DNA of 64,000 bases, taken from assembly GCA_965217865.1 (NCBI GenBank), contig CBDCJO010000002.1:4672001-4736000 (forward strand). Reading direction: 5' to 3'. Numbering within the stretch: position 1 is the stretch's first letter; each line of letters begins with the position of its first letter. Positions 9,216-19,907 of the stretch are shown here, piece by piece. Below the pieces are notes generated by a model, which saw nothing but the letters and a program-made list of their open reading frames with translations, was not told the DNA's origin and did no database searches. Both the position numbers and the translations under genes were made by a program. This stretch comes from Candidatus Latescibacterota bacterium. GTDB lineage: Bacteria > Latescibacterota > UBA2968 > SICM01.

Positions 9216-12200
9216 ATGGATAAGCGGTTTACCCAGGAATCGGGGATCGGGATCTTCACCGGGAATGAGATGATTGTAAAGGGGGGGCTGGAGGGACGTG
9301 TGGGGCTGATCACCGGATACCCCGGCTCTCCGGTTGCGGAGGTCTGGGACGCTGCAGGTAGGATTCGGGAGTTGCTGGGGGATCGCGGCATCGTCGTCCA
9401 GATCGCCAACAATGAAGCGCTAGGGGCCGCACGCCTGAATGGAGCGCAGATGGAGCGCATCAGAGCGATGGCGGTCATGAAAAGCGTGGGGGCCCACGTT
9501 GCATCGGACGGTCTTGCAATCGGGAACATGGCGGGAACCGGACCCGGCGGGGCCGCTTTGGCCGTGTTTGGGGACGACACGTGGTCGGAGGGGACCCAGG
9601 TCCCTGCGGATTCTCGGTTTATCTCAAAACATCTCTACATGCCGGTTGTTGAGCCGAGCACTTTCCAGGAGGTCAAGGACTGGATCGAAGTGGCTTTCGA
9701 CCTTTCGGAAAAGACCCGACTTTACGTCGCCTACCTTGTGACTTCCAACCAGGCCGACGGGGGAGGGACGGTGGAGGTCAGGCCGAACCAGTATCCCGAG
9801 GTGACGTTTAAAAACCCCCAAACCCTCGACAGCCGGACCATTCCCGTGGATGACCGGGTGGTGATTCCCCCTCACACGGCGGTCAAAGAGGACGAGGTGC
9901 TTCGAGAGCGGCTCCCGTCTTTCCTGGTCAACGCCAGGGTTTATGGCCTGAATCGAATCCTGTACCCCCCGGAATCCGGCGTGAAGCGGATCGGGTTTGC
10001 GACGAGCAGTCTGGCTTATTCTTATCTGGAACATGCCCTTGAACTGCTGGGCGTGCAGGGAAAGATTCCGATTTTGAAGTTTGGGATCACCTATCCCATA
10101 GATCGGGAGATCCTGCGGGCGTTTTCGGCGCAGGTGGATCGGATCTTTGTCGTGGAAGAGAAGCGCCCGTTTCTTGAAGAACAGGTGAGGGCGGCGCTCC
10201 AGGAGATGCGCCAGTCCGGAGAGGTGGGCCCCTTCGAGGTGTGGGGAAAGAGATTCCCGGATGGATGTCAGGGGTTCCCCGAGAGCAAGGGGATGAACCC
10301 CTCGATCGTCCTCCAGACACTGGCCCCCCTGATATCGGAGCTCGACGATTCCACCGTGCCGGTGGATCGAGAACGGATCTCCCGCGAGGTCGCACTGATC
10401 GAGGCAACTGAGCGATACGACCTTCGGGCAACCACCCGAACCCCTTCGTTCTGCCCGGGTTGTCCTCACCGGGATTCGGCAAGCGTGTTGAAGCGAGTCG
10501 TCACAGATCTGATGGACGAGTCGTATACTCGCAAGCACCACGGGCATGAGGCGATGGACGTCATTTTTCACGGGGATATCGGGTGCTACTCCCTTCTGAA
10601 ATACGAACCGTTCGATCGCCTGATGCACAATCTCTCGGGCATGGGACTCGGGGGCGGAACCGGGGCGGGGATCGACCCCTTCATCACAAACAAACAGGTG
10701 GTGTTCATGGGAGACTCCACGTTCTTCCACACCGGTATGGGGGCCATCTCAGACTCGATCAAGAACAGACAGGATATCACCTATGTGATTTTGGACAATA
10801 AGACGACCGCGATGACAGGACACCAACCGACCCCGGGCGTGGGCGTGGATATTATGGGAAAAGCCACTTTCTCGCAGGACATAGAGCGCGTTGTGCGGGG
10901 AATGGCCGGGGGGGAATCGCAAGAAGGGGCATTTGTCGCCCGGATGAATCCCGCGGATCGCCAGGGATATCGAAAGGTGGTGGAGGATGCGATCTTGAAA
11001 GACGGGGTCAAGGTCATCATCGCCGATAAGGAGTGCGGCATCACCTATCATCGGAGGGTGGGAGCGGAGCGCCGTCGGGTGGCAGCGGAAAAGGGTTTTC
11101 TCCCGGAGGAGCGGCACATCAACATCACGCCCGAGGTGTGCGAGTATTGCCTGGAATGCACCCGGGCGACGGGCTGCAGCGGTTTGACTGTCGAGGAGAC
11201 GCTCTACGGGCCAAAGATCGCCACGGACCTGTCTCTGTGCGTTGCGGACGGGGCGTGTGCCAAAGTGACGGTTGCGCACGGGGACAAGACGTGCCCGTCG
11301 TTCGAGGAGGTCATCGTTCGGCGCACGCGTCCTCCGGAAGTCCGGACGGAAGAGATCGCACTCCGGGACATCCCTGAGCCCGAGATTCGATCTTTCGACG
11401 GGACATGGTACGCTTATGTGGGGGGGGTCGGGGGGATGGGGGTCAATACGGTGTCGGCGATCATCGCGACGGCAGGTGCCAAGCAGGGTTATTCGGTCCA
11501 GTTTACGAATAAAAAAGGGCTGGCCATTCGAAACGGGTCTGTCTACTCACACGTTAGTTTCACCAGAGGCGATCGGGTGATTTCCCAGATAACCCCATAC
11601 GGACATGCGGATCTTCTACTGGGATTGGATATCCTGGAGGCTGTTCGGGGGATCGAACCGACCGGACACGGCAGGATCGCCAGCCCGGAACATACGGCCG
11701 CGGTCGTTGAAACGGGGAAAAGGCCGACGATCCTTACCCTTACGGGAAAGGATGATTTTGATCCCGCCCATCTGGAGACCCTCATCAAACGGCATACGGA
11801 CTCGGATCGCTATTTCGGGATGGATCTCGGGAAGATATCCGAGCGGTTTCTCGGGGATAAAATCTATGCGAACAGCATGCTCCTGGGTGCTGCATACCAG
11901 CGGGGGGCCCTGCCCCTGGAACTTGAGAATATCCGCTGGGCGATTGAACGAAATATCAAAAAAGACCTTGCGAGAAATCTGAAGGCATTCGATATGGGTC
12001 GTATGGCTGCGGAGAAGCCGCACGCCTTTGAAATTCAGGAAGCGGCTCCCGGATTCCAGGATGTGGTGGAGGACAAGCTGAGTCTCCTGGAGCGATCCGG
12101 GGGGAGCAGAGCAGTGGGAGCGTTTCAGGCATTCGTCGCCCAAGCGCGCGGGATGGAGCTTGAGGAAAGCGTGAAGATCGAGTTCGCTCTGGGGGTTTAC

Positions 12201-12830
12201 GATCTTATCCGATGGAAGGGCCCTGATTACGCCCGTTCATATGCGGATCGGGTTCGGAAGGTATACGACCTGGACACCCCCGAATTCCGTTACGCGGTTA
12301 CGGGGTCGGTTATCCGGTATCTGGCAAGAGTGATGGCGTATAAGGATGAAATCTATGTCGCTCAGCTGTTGACCAGCGAGGAGAAGCGGCGCAGGGATCG
12401 TAAGCGATATAACATCGATCCCGACCGCGGAGACAAAATTGCCTACGTGCATCTGACACGACCCCATTTCAAAATTCTCGGGATTGATGTGGTCTTCGAT
12501 CTCAACTCGCGCGATTGGATGTTGAGGATCCTTCGGCGGTTGAAAATTTTGCGGGCCCTTTTGCCGTCCTGGCATCAGGAAGAGAAGGAATACCGGGATT
12601 GGTATATCGGGCTTGTCGATGGATTCTCGTATGAAGATGAAAAACAGTATCGGACGTATTTACGCGTGCTGGGGCTTCCCGAGGGGGTCCGGGGATATCG
12701 GGAGGTGATCTGGGGTAAGATGAAGTCGGCCATGCGGATGGGGGCTTCGCTTCTGAACGGCGAAGCGCCGCGGGGGGATGAGGAATATTTGATGATCGAG
12801 CCGGCCGAAGAGAAAGTACAAAGGGCATGA
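9216..12830 (+). CDS. Indolepyruvate:ferredoxin oxidoreductase family protein (fused alpha/beta, DUF6537-type C-terminus)
   Basis: GYPGSP, NEALG, FCPGCPH, GDIGC, GDSTFFHTG (TPP binding), CEYCLEC ferredoxin motif, GVGGMGV, MAYKDE. Confidence 0.88.
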   Translation: MDKRFTQESGIGIFTGNEMIVKGGLEGRVGLITGYPGSPVAEVWDAAGRIRELLGDRGIVVQIANNEALGAARLNGAQMERIRAMAVMKSVGAHVASDGLAIGNMAGTGPGGAALAVFGDDTWSEGTQVPADSRFISKHLYMPVVEPSTFQEVKDWIEVAFDLSEKTRLYVAYLVTSNQADGGGTVEVRPNQYPEVTFKNPQTLDSRTIPVDDRVVIPPHTAVKEDEVLRERLPSFLVNARVYGLNRILYPPESGVKRIGFATSSLAYSYLEHALELLGVQGKIPILKFGITYPIDREILRAFSAQVDRIFVVEEKRPFLEEQVRAALQEMRQSGEVGPFEVWGKRFPDGCQGFPESKGMNPSIVLQTLAPLISELDDSTVPVDRERISREVALIEATERYDLRATTRTPSFCPGCPHRDSASVLKRVVTDLMDESYTRKHHGHEAMDVIFHGDIGCYSLLKYEPFDRLMHNLSGMGLGGGTGAGIDPFITNKQVVFMGDSTFFHTGMGAISDSIKNRQDITYVILDNKTTAMTGHQPTPGVGVDIMGKATFSQDIERVVRGMAGGESQEGAFVARMNPADRQGYRKVVEDAILKDGVKVIIADKECGITYHRRVGAERRRVAAEKGFLPEERHINITPEVCEYCLECTRATGCSGLTVEETLYGPKIATDLSLCVADGACAKVTVAHGDKTCPSFEEVIVRRTRPPEVRTEEIALRDIPEPEIRSFDGTWYAYVGGVGGMGVNTVSAIIATAGAKQGYSVQFTNKKGLAIRNGSVYSHVSFTRGDRVISQITPYGHADLLLGLDILEAVRGIEPTGHGRIASPEHTAAVVETGKRPTILTLTGKDDFDPAHLETLIKRHTDSDRYFGMDLGKISERFLGDKIYANSMLLGAAYQRGALPLELENIRWAIERNIKKDLARNLKAFDMGRMAAEKPHAFEIQEAAPGFQDVVEDKLSLLERSGGSRAVGAFQAFVAQARGMELEESVKIEFALGVYDLIRWKGPDYARSYADRVRKVYDLDTPEFRYAVTGSVIRYLARVMAYKDEIYVAQLLTSEEKRRRDRKRYNIDPDRGDKIAYVHLTRPHFKILGIDVVFDLNSRDWMLRILRRLKILRALLPSWHQEEKEYRDWYIGLVDGFSYEDEKQYRTYLRVLGLPEGVRGYREVIWGKMKSAMRMGASLLNGEAPRGDEEYLMIEPAEEKVQRA

Positions 12831-12837
12831 GGCGTCC

Positions 12838-13832
12838 ATGGTCAAAGTCGGACTGATCGGATGCGGCAGCATCGCGCAAAGGGATGGGAACGGGTCCAGG
12901 AAAAGGGTCTTGCGAGGGTGTCTGCCACGTGCGATGCGGAGGCGGTACGGTCGAAAGAGATGGCGGAGCAGTTAGGCTCCGCCGAGGCCTTCGATCGATG
13001 GGAGGCGTTGTTCGAGGAAGATCTGGATGCGGTGGATATCTGTTTGCCCCACCATTTGCATCGGGACGCGATTCTGGCTGCATCCGAAGCGGGTGCGCAC
13101 GTATTGATCGAGAAACCCCTCTGCCTTACGCTTCAAGAGGCCGGGGAGATCAGGAATGTCAGGAAAAGATCCGGGATTTCGATCATGTGTGCGCATAATC
13201 AGATTTTTCACCCGGCGGTGGTTCAAGCCAGAAAGGCGATCGAAGCGGGAAGGATCGGCCGGATATTTTCCGCCCGGACGCTTGACTGTTTTCACATTTC
13301 AAGGACCCAAGAAGAGTGGGGATGGCGGGCAAACCTTTCGACCGCTGGGGGAGGATGCCTGATCGACACGGGTTACCACCCCTCTTACCTTCTGCTTCAC
13401 CTGGTCGGGGAAAAGGCGGAATCCGTGTTCGCCATGAATTGTAATTTCGGCCAGCCTTTGATCGAAGGTGAGGATTCGGCCAACGTCCTCGTGAAATTCC
13501 AGTCAGGAGCCGTTGGAAACATCTTCACGAGCTGGGCGTGGGACCCACCTGGGGCGGGATGGCAGTTCGAGGTGACGGGCGAAAAGGGACAGGTTTACGG
13601 GCGGGGAACTCAGTTTTTTTTCAAGGCCCTCAAGTCAGAACCCGTGGAGGAGATCCTGGACGCTTCCAATGCCTTCGAGGCAGAGATCACCCATTTCGTC
13701 GAGTGCATCGAAAAGGATTCAAAGCCGCTGCAGACTGAAGAGGATGGGATCGAGGTGTTGAAGGTTATTTTGGCCGCATATAAGTCGGACCGGGAGGGAA
13801 GGGTCGTCACGCTTGACGGGGATGAGTCCTGA
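12838..13832 (+). pseudogene. Gfo/Idh/MocA oxidoreductase, frameshifted near 12875
   Basis: ATG 12838 gives the Rossmann start MVKVGLIGCGSIA in one frame; the body (CLPHHLH, HVLIEKP, GGGCLIDTGYH) is in another frame. Real lesion or assembly error. Confidence 0.75.
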
Positions 13833-13895
13833 TTCTCACCGGGCCGATTTTTTCAGTTCGATCGAAAATATGCATTCTGTGATTTTAACCCTGTC

Positions 13896-15302
13896 CTAGG
13901 GTTCCGTCGATGCGATGATCGGAAGGTTTGCAGCTTCCCATCCGGCCATCCCTCCCACGAGTTCCGAAACCCCTTCCACCTTTTCCCGTTCCAAAAGGCT
14001 CGCGGCAATCGAGGATCGATAGCCGCTTTCACAGTGGACGACCACCTCCCCCCCAAGAGGGTGCTCACGGATCGCATCCTGAAGGCGATTCAGGGGGATG
14101 TTTGTGCTTCCTTCGATCCTCCTGGACTCCCACTCCTTCCGGGTACGAACATCGATGACCACGGGGGCCTTTTCGGAGCGCAGTTTTGCCGCAAGGTTTA
14201 CCGGCGAGATCCGTTCGGTTCGTTTAACCAGCTCCGGATACGGCTCCAGTGCCTGCATTCCTCCCTCCAAATAGCCCGCCATATTGTCGAAACCGATTCG
14301 ACCCAACCGAACGCCGGCCTCCTCTTCGCGTCCCATTTCGGCGATGACCACAATCCCTTTATCCTGTTCCAGGATCGTACCCGCCCACGTTGCGTATTTT
14401 CCCCCCAGGCCGATGTTGATGCTGTCCGCAAGGTGTGCCCCCTCAAATTCCACGGGGTCCCGGACGTCAAGGAGCACGGCCCCTTCGTCTCTCATTCGAA
14501 GGACTTCCGACAGACCGAGAGGTTTTAAGTTTTTCCGGAGGGTCTGCTCGAGGGTAGGGCGTTCCTTCATGTTCAGAATGGCATCGTATTTAATGTACGA
14601 AGGGGCATCCGGCTGTTCGGCGGTCACGATCCGGATAAAGGCCTCTTTGCTCATCGGCTGGAGGGCATAGTTGTAATGACGTTGCGTTCCAATCGTTGAG
14701 AAAGTGTCCTCGCTCAGATTCTTGCCACACATAGAACCGGCCCCGTGCGCCGGATAAACCAGGGTCTCATCCGGAAGGCCCATGAGTTTCTGGTGAAGCG
14801 AATCGTAGAGCATGCCTCCGAGTTCGGTCGCTGACCAGCCGAGGGATGCCCTCAAGTCGGGCCGGCCGACGTCCCCGATAAAGAGTGTGTCACCCGTGAG
14901 GACCGCGTGGGGTTTGTGAGCGTCCCTTTTGAGGTCGTAAACCAAAATGGATATGGAATCGGGGGAATGCCCCGGTGTCTCGAGTATCTCAAGCCGGACC
15001 TCCCCAAACTCCAGCAGATCCCGATCTCTCATCGGGGTAAACTCGAATTCGGCCTTTGCCCCGGCTCCCAGATGAATCTTTGCGCCGAACCGGTCACGCA
15101 GTTCCAGGTGACCGGCGATAAAGTCCGCGTGGGAGTGGGTCAGGAAGACATGACAAATCTCGAGTCCCCGGCTCTCCGTATCTTTCAGGTACCGATCGAT
15201 ATCCCTCTGGGGATCGACAACCACGGCGGTCCGGGTTCCCTCGTCCGCGATGAGATACGAGGCATGGGCAAGGCAACCGAGATAATATTGCTCCAGGATC
15301 AT
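13896..15302 (-). CDS. MBL-fold hydrolase (persulfide dioxygenase-like) fused to two rhodanese domains
   Basis: LTHSHADFIAGH, TPGHSP, TGDTLFIGDVGRPDL, PAHGAGSMCG; rhodanese LDVR and HCESGYRS. Confidence 0.9.
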   Translation of the reverse strand: MILEQYYLGCLAHASYLIADEGTRTAVVVDPQRDIDRYLKDTESRGLEICHVFLTHSHADFIAGHLELRDRFGAKIHLGAGAKAEFEFTPMRDRDLLEFGEVRLEILETPGHSPDSISILVYDLKRDAHKPHAVLTGDTLFIGDVGRPDLRASLGWSATELGGMLYDSLHQKLMGLPDETLVYPAHGAGSMCGKNLSEDTFSTIGTQRHYNYALQPMSKEAFIRIVTAEQPDAPSYIKYDAILNMKERPTLEQTLRKNLKPLGLSEVLRMRDEGAVLLDVRDPVEFEGAHLADSINIGLGGKYATWAGTILEQDKGIVVIAEMGREEEAGVRLGRIGFDNMAGYLEGGMQALEPYPELVKRTERISPVNLAAKLRSEKAPVVIDVRTRKEWESRRIEGSTNIPLNRLQDAIREHPLGGEVVVHCESGYRSSIAASLLEREKVEGVSELVGGMAGWEAANLPIIASTEP

Positions 15303-15535
15303 ACGGCCCTCCTTTTGGGTTGCTCCCCTATGACGTTGGAGCGCAATCGTCATAAATCTTATGATTTTATCCCACAAAAATCAAAGAGGATTTTCATAAG
15401 CATGAATTTTCAACCCGCGTCCGTGGTATGGTAATGAGGGCTTGACATCATTCGGGGGTTTTCTATTTTCAAACGTTCTGTGAATTAAGGAACGGTTAAC
15501 TTGCAGTGATCCTGGCACAGGATCAAAATACCGAT

Positions 15536-17065
15536 ATGATTCCAGAATCAAAAATCCCGAAGCGTCTCCGATTTCTTAAAAATCCTTTCCGCCGGCCTTT
15601 TTTATATATCAAACAACTGCGCAGTAACCCCGAATCCGCGACGTACCTCCTGCCGAGCTTCATCTATCTAAAGGCCATGGGGCTGGTCTATGGGATTGCG
15701 TTCGCCTCTTTCAAAGTCCAGGCACTGGGTCTCATCGGTTCGAGGGGCATCCTGCCGGTTTCGGACTATCTGGAAAGGGTCTACGTGGGGGCCGGGGCAA
15801 AGGGATTCCTGCTGGTACCGACGATATTCTGGCTTCATTCGGACGATTGGTTCATCGGGGCTGTCTGTTTTGCCGGGATCGCCGGGGCAATATGCCTGAT
15901 GCTCGGCGTGGCTCCGAGGCCGATGCTCATCGCTCTATTTGTTCTTTACCTCTCACTCGTGACGGGGGGCCAGAGGTTCACGGCATTCCAGTGGGATGCC
16001 CTTCTCCTGGAGGCGGGATTTCTCGCTATATTTCTATGCCGATCGTCGAAGATATCGATTACCCTGTCCCGGTGGCTCCTCTTCAGGCTGATGTTTCTCT
16101 CCGGGATTGTGAAACTCCTCTCCGGCGATGCGTCCTGGCGAGGACTCACCGCTCTCACCTATCACTATGAAACCCAACCGCTTCCGACTGTGGTGGCGTG
16201 GTACGCCCATCAACTGCCCCTGTGGTTTCATAAAATCTCCGCCTTGTGGATGTTCATTACCGAGCTCATCGTGCCATTCTTTATTTTCGGGGGACGACGT
16301 CTCAAAATGTTTGCCGGGGGGGCGATTGTTTTTCTTCAACTCCTCATTATGCTCACGGGAAATTACACCTTTTTCAACCTCCTCGCAATCGCGCTCTGTG
16401 TGTTCTTGTACGACGACGACTTCTTGAGGTCCGGGCCGATCCGATCGCTTTTTGAGCGGATACAAAAAGGGACGGCCCCCCCTGCTTCTGAAGGTGTGTT
16501 TAAAAAAAGATTGATTCCGGTCGTCGCTCCGGTTATCGTCGCACTCAGTCTGGCTCATATGTGGCAATCCATCTTTCGCACTTCACCCCTGCCGCAGACC
16601 GTGCAGGCTGTCCTTGGAGCCTTTGCCCCGTTTCGGATTGTCAATTCATACGGACTTTTCGCCGTTATGACGACGGTCCGTCCTGAGATTATGGTTGAAG
16701 GATCCCGGGACGGAGAGAAGTGGTCACCTTATGATTTCAGGTACAAACCGGACGAACTTCAGGGATGTCCCCGATGGGTCGCGCCGCACCAGCCCAGGCT
16801 GGATTGGCAGATGTGGTTTGCTGCGTTGAGAACCTATCAAGGCACTCCCTGGTTTGTGAATTTCGTGGGGCGACTCCTTGAAGGCTCGCCCGAAGTCCTG
16901 GGGCTTCTGAAAAACAATCCATTCCCGGATGCTCCGCCAAAATTCATTAGGGCCAGGCTTTATCGTTATGGCTTTACAACCCCAACCGGAGGCACCGGGG
17001 AAACCTGGTGGAAACGGGCGGACATGGGGTTCTACCTTCCCTCCGTAACGCTCACCCCCCCTTAG
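15536..17065 (+). CDS. Lipase maturation factor family membrane protein
   Basis: FQWDALLLEAGF, YHYETQPLPT, GNYTFFNLL, NSYGLFAVMT, APHQPRLDWQMWFAA; TTGACA promoter-like site at 15442. Confidence 0.9.
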   Translation: MIPESKIPKRLRFLKNPFRRPFLYIKQLRSNPESATYLLPSFIYLKAMGLVYGIAFASFKVQALGLIGSRGILPVSDYLERVYVGAGAKGFLLVPTIFWLHSDDWFIGAVCFAGIAGAICLMLGVAPRPMLIALFVLYLSLVTGGQRFTAFQWDALLLEAGFLAIFLCRSSKISITLSRWLLFRLMFLSGIVKLLSGDASWRGLTALTYHYETQPLPTVVAWYAHQLPLWFHKISALWMFITELIVPFFIFGGRRLKMFAGGAIVFLQLLIMLTGNYTFFNLLAIALCVFLYDDDFLRSGPIRSLFERIQKGTAPPASEGVFKKRLIPVVAPVIVALSLAHMWQSIFRTSPLPQTVQAVLGAFAPFRIVNSYGLFAVMTTVRPEIMVEGSRDGEKWSPYDFRYKPDELQGCPRWVAPHQPRLDWQMWFAALRTYQGTPWFVNFVGRLLEGSPEVLGLLKNNPFPDAPPKFIRARLYRYGFTTPTGGTGETWWKRADMGFYLPSVTLTPP

Positions 17066-18591
17066 CAGCCCGTTGAAGAACTACCTTTCAACGCACATAA
17101 ACGGAAAAGACGCCTGGAGTGCGGGTCAGATAAATCAAGGTAAGGAGATTGAGCAGGAGACGCTGATAAGAGGTTAAAAAGGTGACCGAGGGCAGCAAAC
17201 GTGATTGTAGGACGAGCAGTAGACGCTGCAAGGCCTTGGCCAGGTCCTGGAGGGCCTTCGGAGTACCTACGCCCATCACTTTGCGCATGAGCAGAGCCAG
17301 GTTGCAGCCCCCGATGTGGATCAGCAAACGCTTGAGGATATTGCCGCGGTCTCTCAAGTGCAACCTGCGCATGCCACCGGTATCATATGTGTGAGCGATG
17401 GTTCTTTCCACCCGTTCTGCACGACTTCGGCGCAAGGCCTTGCCGCGATCTCCCTTGATCCGGCGTCGATTCGCATATACCGCGGCCTGCTCATCTCGTC
17501 GGCCGTTCCACTTGCGGCGTCCCCGATCCGGTTCTGAAATGTAACTCCGGATGCCGCCTTGCTTCAGACTGGTCAATACATCGTTGCTATGATATCCTTT
17601 GTCCGCAACCACCTCCCGTATACGCTGTCTGTGCAAACGTTTGGCAGCTTTTTCGTCCTTCGCGACCTGCTTGAGATTGAGCGGCGCCTCGAGCAGCGTC
17701 CAGGGCAACGACTCGGTATCTCCTTCATCTGCTCCCGACAACGCCACTGCCACAATGGCATTGGTGTCCAGATCCACCGCGTGCTCCACCTTGTGCGCCA
17801 TGTGCGTGCGACCGTCCTTCATCTTAGCGATCTTGGCATCCGGGTCGTGCGGGTGCTCCCAGTCCTGGTTCGATCCCTTCTTCGGTCGCTTCTTATCGAT
17901 CTTGGACAAGTCCTCGCGGGTAGGCGTTTCAATGCCCGAGGCCTTGGCCAGATTCTCAAGGAATGCCTGGTAGCCTTCACCCGTGTCACGGCGTACAATG
18001 CTGCGCATCGCGGCGTTGGCCTCCAGTGTCGTAGCATCCACGCCCAACGTCTTCCCCTTCACCAGACCCGCTTTGCACAAGACCCTCAGGATCCACTTGA
18101 AAACCGCTTCGTGAACTTCCAAGGGAAGCCGATGCCGGATGCGAGACAGGCTGGAATGATCCGGGGTCTGTTCGTCAAGGGCATACCCCAAAAACCGGCG
18201 CAACGTCAGCGAGTCAGATACACGCCATTCGATCCCACGTTCCGAATCAAGTCCCTCGAAATACCCAATCAAAAGCATCCGAAAATAAACCCCGGGCGGA
18301 ATGCCCTTGCGACCCATATGAGGAGCGTAATACCGCTGGCAAAGCCCCTCGACGAACTCGTCGAAGCCGTTCGCCCCCAATACCTGATTCAGCTTCTCGT
18401 AGAACGGATGACCCGGAGATTTCACCAAAGTGTTCGATGCGATGAACAGGTTTTCCTGTCTCTGTCGTCCTCGTTTTCCCATTGCCATTTGCTCGTCCTC
18501 CCTTCTCAGTTTGAACCTGATATATCATAGGACCAAACCACAAGGAAAGACAACAGTCATCTTGGCATAAACGCACTTTTTCAACAGGCTG
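17066..18591 (-). mobile_element. IS1182-like insertion sequence, copy 1 (1526 bp)
   Basis: Terminal inverted repeats CAGCCCGTTGAAGAA / CAGCCTGTTGAAAAA; flanked by TTAG direct repeats (17062-17065 and 18592-18595). Confidence 0.92.
17088..18488 (-). CDS. DDE transposase (IS1182/IS5-like: DUF772-type N-terminus plus DDE domain)
   Basis: TPDHSSLSRIRHR, VDATTLEANA, VADKGYHS, R..VERTIAH. Confidence 0.93.
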   Translation of the reverse strand: MAMGKRGRQRQENLFIASNTLVKSPGHPFYEKLNQVLGANGFDEFVEGLCQRYYAPHMGRKGIPPGVYFRMLLIGYFEGLDSERGIEWRVSDSLTLRRFLGYALDEQTPDHSSLSRIRHRLPLEVHEAVFKWILRVLCKAGLVKGKTLGVDATTLEANAAMRSIVRRDTGEGYQAFLENLAKASGIETPTREDLSKIDKKRPKKGSNQDWEHPHDPDAKIAKMKDGRTHMAHKVEHAVDLDTNAIVAVALSGADEGDTESLPWTLLEAPLNLKQVAKDEKAAKRLHRQRIREVVADKGYHSNDVLTSLKQGGIRSYISEPDRGRRKWNGRRDEQAAVYANRRRIKGDRGKALRRSRAERVERTIAHTYDTGGMRRLHLRDRGNILKRLLIHIGGCNLALLMRKVMGVGTPKALQDLAKALQRLLLVLQSRLLPSVTFLTSYQRLLLNLLTLIYLTRTPGVFSVYVR

Positions 18592-18607
18592 TTAGGTTGT
18601 GGCGCTG

Positions 18608-19309
18608 ATGCGAAATTTTGTTCAACTGGTGGCCAGGGTTCTGTTTCCAATTGCTAGGTTAAGGATCATCGGGCGACTGGTTGGGATTTTTTTTGAATTC
18701 GGAAATTTTGTGCTTCCCGTTAAACGGCTGGTCGACAATGATCGGGTCATCGCGTTTTATCACCCGAAACCGACTTTCCCCCATCACGTCCTGATTGTTC
18801 CGAAGAAAAGGATCCCTACTTTTATGGAACTGATTTCCGACCAAGGGATACCGTATCTGGGGTCTATTTTGATGGCAGCCCGGGACATCATCAAAGGGAA
18901 ACGGTGGGGGATGGCATGGGTTTTAGGGGTCAACGGGGGGCCCCGGCAGGATGTTGAACAGGTCCACTTTCACCTGTACAAGGGGCAGGGATCCCACAGG
19001 AATTATTCTGACCCTTTGCCACCGGACCCCCTTTTTTCAGAAGGCGGATGGTGCTTTTTTTTTCACCCGGACCCGGATTGGGATACCCATCTTCTGGTTT
19101 GCATAACCCAGGACGCTGGCTTTACATCCGGGGATTCAGGACGGATTCGTTCTATCAGAAACGTTTGGGCAAAAGTGGATAAGGTATATTCACTCACTGA
19201 GAGGGGTTATACCGTCTTCGTCCAGAGCGGGAAATCCCCGGACGGGTGCGGTTGGACCTTCCATGTTTTATCTGGTGAGGCCTTGAGGCCCCAGGTTAAA
19301 CCCGAATAA
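18608..19309 (+). CDS. HIT-domain protein with a second degenerate HIT-like half
   Basis: AFYHPKPTFPHHVLIVPKK...VNGGPRQDVEQVHFHL; repeat half FFFHPDPDWDTHLLV...WTFHVLSG. Confidence 0.7.
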   Translation: MRNFVQLVARVLFPIARLRIIGRLVGIFFEFGNFVLPVKRLVDNDRVIAFYHPKPTFPHHVLIVPKKRIPTFMELISDQGIPYLGSILMAARDIIKGKRWGMAWVLGVNGGPRQDVEQVHFHLYKGQGSHRNYSDPLPPDPLFSEGGWCFFFHPDPDWDTHLLVCITQDAGFTSGDSGRIRSIRNVWAKVDKVYSLTERGYTVFVQSGKSPDGCGWTFHVLSGEALRPQVKPE

Positions 19310-19440
19310 GCACTCGGCTCGGAACCGGATTATCGCCTTCCCAAAGATTCGGTTCACCCCGGAACCCCTGGAAGATGCCAATCGTTCAAACAGCAAGCGC
19401 ACGATTTCCTTCAATGCTGAATTCTACAGAGGGATATGGA

Positions 19441-19890
19441 ATGCGATTTTTTTGGACCTTATTCGGTCTCGTGTTGCTGGCCGGATGCGCTTCCCGGCCA
19501 CCGGTCATACACAAATTCAAAAGTTTCGAGGACTATCCCGTACCGGATCAAAGGGTATGGGAGGTCGTTGTTCAGCTATTCGACGAATTTGAGTGGCCTA
19601 TAGAAAAGAATGAGGAGACCCGCGGGATCATCGCTTCCGAATGGGTGAGGGACGATCTGGGGGGAGGAGACTATGGACAATCGGGTTTTTCTTCCGTCAT
19701 CCTGAGTGACACCAAACAGATGGTGGTCAACATCAAGGTGAAAATGCAATCGGAGAACCTCACCCGGGTCAGGGTTCACTGCTTTTTTCGTGTGAAATGG
19801 TCCGATGGTAATCGCGAGGCGTGGGGGACTGGCACGTCTCGAGGCGTTGTTGAGAAAAAGATACTCGATTCAATCCACAAAAGGTTTTGA
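19441..19890 (+). CDS. Hypothetical lipoprotein
   Basis: Lipobox LLAG-C; WEVVVQLF...GIIASEW resembles BamC-like helix-grip lipoproteins. Confidence 0.7.
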   Translation: MRFFWTLFGLVLLAGCASRPPVIHKFKSFEDYPVPDQRVWEVVVQLFDEFEWPIEKNEETRGIIASEWVRDDLGGGDYGQSGFSSVILSDTKQMVVNIKVKMQSENLTRVRVHCFFRVKWSDGNREAWGTGTSRGVVEKKILDSIHKRF

Positions 19891-19907
19891 GTCCAAAGGA
19901 GTCTCTC

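Noticed and set aside
17559-18530. 323-aa antisense ORF in the IS (also 20416-21387)
   Set aside because: Shadow of the transposase; it is conserved only because the IS is duplicated.
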